Positions 56,241-64,000 of a stretch of DNA of 64,000 bases are shown here, one piece after another. Position 1 is the stretch's first letter. Each line of letters begins with the position of its first letter. The stretch comes from Catajapyx aquilonaris. Lineage: Eukaryota. The stretch is from assembly GCA_000934665.2 (NCBI GenBank), contig JYFJ02001994.1, positions 1 through 64,000 of the forward strand, in the 5' to 3' direction. The notes beneath the pieces were generated by a model. That model worked only from the letters and a program-made list of their open reading frames with translations. It did no database searches and had not been told where the DNA came from. The position numbers and the translations under genes were made by a program.

Positions 56241-56862
56241 AAAAATGTACTGACATGCTCTTAGTCCTGGCAAATGTGTCGTGCTACTTGGGTCAAAGGT
56301 AATATTAGTGCCCCTTTTAAAACATACATCTTCAAAATGTTTGGAAATATGTGGCCCTGGACAGAGTGTTGCATTGCTCATAATTTCAGTTCAAGAGAGG
56401 GAACTTGTGATATTATGATAGTACTGGAAGACCTCATGGTCAATTGGAAAGTATTTCCCATGCTTATCTGATAAGTTTCTTCACAATATTTGTCATGGGT
56501 TGAGGGATGTAGATTTGTACCGAAGATCAAAATTGGTTGAATATTTCTGATATTTTTTGGTCAATTTATACAAGTGTTTCTTGACATAATGTATGTGCAA
56601 GTTCTGGTGAACTTATCAGATATGCATGGGAAATACTTTCCAATTGACCATGAGGTCTTCCAGTACTATCATAATATCACAAGTTCCCTCTCTTGAACTG
56701 AAATTATGAGCAATGCAACACTCTGTCGAGGGCCACATATTTCCAAACATTTTGAAGATGTATGTTTTAAAAGGGGCACTAATATTACCAGCTCTTGATA
56801 TTACCTTTGACCCAAGTAGCAAGACACATTTGCCAGGACTAAGAGCATGTCAGTACATTTTT
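56241..56862. mobile_element. Foldback-type element with ~237-bp near-perfect inverted arms
   Basis: Arm 56241-56477 is the reverse complement of 56610-56862, with a few mismatches and a 16-bp insertion in the right arm. The spacer is 132 bp. A diverged single arm lies at ~40704-40832. Confidence 0.85.
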
Positions 56863-57993
56863 GGATTAAAATATAGAGTTGTATTGTTTGATATCACGGA
56901 ACAGTGCATTCTTGCAAGAATAGGAGTTATGCGTGATTGCTACTTTTTTTAAATAAATGTTCTGACAAGTTCAGTAAGGTACCGGTAACAATTTAGATTC
57001 TATAACATCTGCAAAGGACATGCGGGGAAGTAGAAGGCTGGAATTGGAACCCAGAGTTAGATGGACTACCGCAACGACAACGACAAAGACGAACGACGCA
57101 TCGTGTGAACCACCACTTTTTACCTGCACCTTCGAATCGAGTTTCTGGCCCACACCCAGCCTTACAAGCACCGACTCGACCTCCCCCGTCTCCCCTGATT
57201 CTTCACCGAACCTTCCAGCAGGAGCAGAGCACCGGGGCGGACCCAGGGGCGGCCCCTGAGTCGGACCCGAGGCGAATTACGACCTCATCATTCGACGTTC
57301 GGCTTCCATGAAATGAAAGGGGGAGGAAAAGGAGGGGACGCCGACTGATAACAGTTTAATGGTGTAGCTAATATAACTACCGGAATGAAAAGGCAGGCTG
57401 GACAGTGCCGACGCATATCCCAAACAGGACAAAATATCTTCGGGATCTTTAGAGCTAATGCGAGGGACGTATTTTCTGCCAATATTTACAGGATAATATC
57501 AAAATGTCTGGCAAAATCTGGCTGTAAGCTAATGTTGGTAACTGATACTCTTCCCTGCTACTGGCTACATCCGGGCTCTTGCGTGACGTCATCGGTGGCG
57601 TTCAGTAATCCGGCTGCGTATATGCAACTGTCGAATTTTAATTTTGTTAATTTGAGATTAACATTTTCATCATTGAAAGTACAGGTGTTATCTAATTACA
57701 TAATCTGTAGACAATTTCTGAACATTATTTTATAATGTTTTTCACGTAATAACCAAAAAGTCTACCCATGGTTTCGTTTTAAAATGTGCCTCAAATATGG
57801 AACCATCGCTGTGACGTCATAAGCGATGTTGCCAGCTCATCAAAATGTAAAGATTCAGATTGTTTGACAATTTTAAAACAATGTGTGCTAAAATATTGAC
57901 CTAAACGTATGATAAAATGTAACAAACAAAAATACAAAAGATATGTTGGACCACCTCTCTTTGATTGTTACATATAAACATGAGGGCATGTTG

Positions 57994-58592
57994 ATACAAT
58001 AACAATACAATACCACACAACACAATACGACACAAACACAATTGAATCCAATGCTGTAGGCTACAATACAGCAGAACACAATATGATATGTAGCTACACA
58101 ATACAATAACAATACAATACATACAACCAAGAGCTTATTGACGCAACACAATATACGACACAAACACAATATATTGAAACCATTTCTGTAGGCTACAATG
58201 CAGCACAACACAATACGACACAAGCACAATTGAATCCAATGCTGTAGGCTACAATACAGCATAACACAATATGATATGTAGCTATATAGGCTACACAATA
58301 CAATAACAATACAATACATAAGTTACAACCAAGAGCTTGATACAACACAATACGACATAAACGCAATAGAGTATATTGAATCCAATACACTGTAGGCTAC
58401 AATGCAGCACAACACAATATGATATATGTAGCTACACAATACCACACAATACAATACGACACAAACGCAATTTAATCCAAATATGCTGCAGGCTACAATA
58501 CAGCACAACACAATATGATATGTAGCTACGCAATACAATAAAATTCAAAACCATACAAACCCAATACAATAACATTCAATACAAATATACAA
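57994..58592. repeat. Complex (ACAAT)-based minisatellite with higher-order units
   Basis: Recurring caatacgacacaaac, tgaatccaatgctgtaggctacaat and atatgatatgtagctacacaat blocks, with a higher-order period of roughly 190 bp. Confidence 0.9.
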
Positions 58593-58864
58593 TGGATTCA
58601 CATTTCATTATTTCTACGAGTGCTTCTATAGCCTATTCGTTCTACAGACTGACTGATTCCAAAGGCTTCAGGGATTTCTGTATAAAAGGAAGTTAATTTC
58701 CACCTTCTTCTAGTGTTGGAGAAGATCCTCTGAGAGCATAGTCTATTTGTTCAGAAGTCTTCCAACAAGATGGGTCACTTCCTGCGCATCGCTGTAATTC
58801 TGGCAGTGCTGGCCACTCTGACCCAAGACTTCTCTCCAGTAGAAGGTAAATCCAAGTTCCATTT

Positions 58865-59113
58865 GAATGGGTTAGTGCCATAACGTGCTAAGCCACAAAA
58901 CCTTCATTCTGAGATATGGGCTTTCAAAAGTTTGGCTTAATATGGCAAATCATACAAAACAAGGAACATTATTTGTGATTTTCTCGTGATCTATGGGGAA
59001 TTTTTCTAACTACGTGATGCCCACTTGTGAAGCACGATGGTGGGACTTTCAGACACGTGCAAGCTCAAAAAACACAAAAGTGTGGCTTAGCACGTTATGG
59101 CACTAACCCCTTC
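58865..59113. mobile_element. MITE with ~32-bp TIRs and ATTT TSD (consistent with Sola1)
   Basis: GAA(T/G)GGGTTAGTGCCATAACGTGCTAAGCCAC occurs at both ends in inverted orientation. ATTT at 58861-58864 and 59114-59117 fits the AWWT TSD described for Sola1. Confidence 0.8.
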
Positions 59114-59603
59114 ATTTATTTCAGCTGCGTCTTATGACAGACCCCTCAATGAATCAGTTCCACTAATGAAAGAGACTTTCAGAATTATTTGTAATAGCTC
59201 AGCACCTGAACGAGCCTCCTATTCAGTTCAGAGCTATAATTATGTCTTGTTCGTTGTAGAGCTTTTCCTTCTTTTATCCCTATGTGATTCCAGACTATGC
59301 AATTTAATTAAAAAAATTTCTTCCGGGTAATCAGGAAGATTATCAGGAATGGAATATGCAGCCCAACAAGCGGCCTCAGAGGCACGATCTGCGGAATCAA
59401 AGTCACGATCATCTGAATCAGATTCACGATCATCGGAATCAGCAGCTGCAGCAGCACCAGGTGAGTAGTCTATACCATCCAGTTGCCCGAATCCGTGGCG
59501 GTTTCCATCTTCGTAAAATTATTATCTATTGACTATCCAAACCAACAAGAGGTTACGTCGATTTGGCATTAACCTTTCAATAAGACATCATTTAAAATAA
59601 ATA

Positions 59604-59793
59604 CAGGGTCATCGAAAAAGAATGTCCCAATTTTAAAACACTATAACTCGAAAACTTGTAGACATATCTTAATGAAACTAAGGTGAGACAAACACTTTTG
59701 AAATTTCTTAGCATTTCAAAATTTAAATAATTTAGATAAATTTTCGAGTTATAGAGTTTTAATATTGGGACATTCTTTTTCGATGACCCGGTG
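59604..59793. mobile_element. Tc1/mariner-type MITE with TA TSD
   Basis: TA|CAGGGTCATCGAAAAAGAATGTCCCAAT...ATTGGGACATTCTTTTTCGATGACCCGGTG|TA, with ~50-bp inverted arms. Confidence 0.85.
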
Positions 59794-61879
59794 TAAAAAA
59801 TGAAGGACCGAGGGGAATTCTTATTTAGAAAAATTATTACGATCTTCTCTCACGGGTCAGGTCCGAAAGAAGGCAAAAGATTGGGCAAAGGCACAGCAGG
59901 TATGTACGACCTTTATGGCTAACTTTTCTTCCTATACTTTTGGCGTGTGAACACGTGCAGTGCACCATATATCCCTTAGTAACAGTGCAAAAGGAATTAC
60001 AGTATATATAAAATCCGTCAGCGGGGTTTAAGCAATGGTTAACGAGTGATGACATATATTCACGCGCCTATACAACTCACTATATATCAGTTCTCGAAAC
60101 ATCCCCACATATCACTACAATGAATTTCTAAACCACTAAGACTACGGCAGGAAGCCAGCAACAAAAGCTATTATGAAGCAAATACTGCTGTGAAAGTAAA
60201 TAATAAAACCAAATTACGCGGATAAAAAGTGCATCGGATGTGAGGACAATAATAATATCACTAATCTTGCGCCCCGAAAATATTAGCATTTCTGCAGCAC
60301 ATTTTCACTGATTGTGAGTGCAATGGATTTTCCATGAAATAAATGCATGTTTGCAATTTCCCTTACTTATCGCTTTCAAAATATCACATATCATTCAACT
60401 ATTTTATGTGAGGGTCTATATGAATTCACAAAGACGTCAGAACATTTGCACATCATTACATCCGCTTCAGTCATATATTATTTCAGGGTAATATCTATTA
60501 TATGGCTTCAGTATTAATTTTTGGGTGTTCATCAGTTTTTCTTGCACAAAATTCTTCAGAGAGAAGGTTTTAAAATAATGGCATAAATGTTGCATTATGA
60601 CTGTTTCAGAAAGGACACTGACTCTGGAGAGGGGTGTTAGAGTTCATTGAAAGGATATTGTAAAACACAGGCTATGTTCTTCTTCTTCAAGGTTAGTAAT
60701 CGCACATATAATATTTCGATAAGAGATATTCGATGAAAACACCAACTGAAAATATGTAAAATGTGTATGTGTAGACAGGACTTCAGCCATAAAAATGCTC
60801 AGCAAAATAATGTTTTCAATTGCACAGAAAACAAGCAAAGCAATACTCGTCTTATCTCGCCTGTCGGTATAGCTCTACATTATTATTAAAACTGTTTCAT
60901 GAAGCTAACATACGTATGCAGTAACAAATTTCGACACTACTTGTCTACTAATAACCTTATTGTATCACTTTTTATCTTTCACATTTGTAACTTTTTTCAG
61001 GTCTATAATAATTAACAACACTGATGAAGAAGGACGAGCGTTGATTTTGACCGTCACACACACGGACACGGACCTGACAACGTCACCTGCTGCGATCACT
61101 ATAATAGCCTACTACAAGCAAGAATACAGTGTGCTACGTCTTTTCAACAGTATTATTCTAGTTTATTAGGTTTGGTTGGGTTTGAAGTCATATAATGTAA
61201 CACCAATAAATGCACACCAGTGTGCAACGAAATAAAAATGAGTGTCCGAATCCACCACTTTATTCACTAGGGCACGGGTCCGCACCAAAACTACGCTGTA
61301 ATTACCCACATAGGTCAGAAAAATTACCACATTGATATAGTACGTAACGTTTGCAATGTCCTCTCTGTGTGCACCGTTAGTACTCACCAGACAGCATAGT
61401 TTCTTTTCATGTATGTAATGCGATGACACGCTTCCACTGGACACATGGATATTCCATACAGCACATTGGTATTGCACTAGAATAAATGGTAGACAATCAT
61501 CACTCTATGTGTTCATTGCCACACACGTTTCCTTGCCAACCACTGAGCTGTCTCCTTCTTTGCCTGTCAGATAATATCTGCCATCACTTCAAACCACTGT
61601 AAGAGAAATATGGAAAAATGCAACAACAGCTCCAATCCAACAGCAACCAATCCAGAGCAAGTGCAGACGAATTACGTTGCATCAGACGGGTTTACCAGAC
61701 ACAATGAAAAATTGAGGACACCAAAATAATGTACTGATCCTGCTATGCAAATCCAACATCACATGCCATAACCTAGGTGCAGGCTCTTATTGAAAATATC
61801 TTTAATGAAAACAATGGAAATGGGAAAATAATAACATGCAATAATAATTAAGTCTATTTGCCATTTCAAATCATGGTAT

Positions 61880-61885
61880 TTTATT
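61880..61885 (-). terminator. Polyadenylation signal AATAAA of ILF2
   Basis: AATAAA on the minus strand about 50 nt downstream of the ILF2 TAA stop. Confidence 0.6.
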
Positions 61886-61933
61886 CAGTGAGGTCCATTA
61901 GACACATCAAATATGAAGACACAATCCTTCTCC

Positions 61934-63744
<1,811 letters not shown>

Positions 63745-63853
63745 GTCTCACTGGATTGTACAACCCCAGAGGTCTTCCTGTCTGTCCAAACCCTTCCTGT
63801 CTCTGGATGATGGAAAGTTCTAGGCTTTTCGACCAGACCAGAGACCAAGGAAG

Positions 63854-64000
63854 TAGTGATGTGACGAAAATAACGTAACGGTTATAAATAACGCATATCA
63901 AGAAGTAACGCATACACAAAATAACGATTACTTATTTCCTTGCTTATTTCTGTTGAAAATATGCGTTATTCGAATACGTTACAAAATAACGCATACCTAG
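63854..64000. mobile_element. Possible end of a hAT-type MITE upstream of ILF2, running off the window
   Basis: Begins TAGTGATG (a hAT-like terminus) followed by about six copies of an AATAACG(CATA) motif in both orientations. Confidence 0.4.

Noticed and set aside
57888..58538. Cys/Tyr/Val-rich minus-strand ORFs
   Set aside because: They are translations of the ACAAT minisatellite.
140..61477. The many 60-180 aa ORFs in the ORF track as stand-alone genes
   Set aside because: Most are of chance length, many begin at TTG/GTG in a eukaryote, they have no recognisable domains, and where I compared paralogous modules the frames were not preserved.

Overview
This is eukaryotic genomic DNA, most likely from an arthropod judging by the ILF2 protein sequence and the small GT-AG introns of 59-150 nt. 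The only clear host gene is a 9-exon ILF2/NF45 gene on the minus strand at the right end (61934-63744, about 389 aa). The remaining ~60 kb has no intact host gene. It is a dense mosaic of short, decayed transposon coding fragments (hAT/Charlie, Academ, Tc1/mariner, piggyBac, ISL2EU/Harbinger-like, Gypsy, R1-like LINE, possibly Penelope), young MITEs, a Helitron, an LTR and a long foldback element. It also holds many 100-500 bp modules that recur two to five times in direct orientation. Most recognisable coding fragments lie on the + strand, so they are antisense to a minus-strand transcript running leftwards from the ILF2 side. My best hypothesis is a locally self-duplicating unistrand piRNA cluster; this is inference only and needs small-RNA data. 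All family assignments come from recognising motifs by eye, not from database searches.
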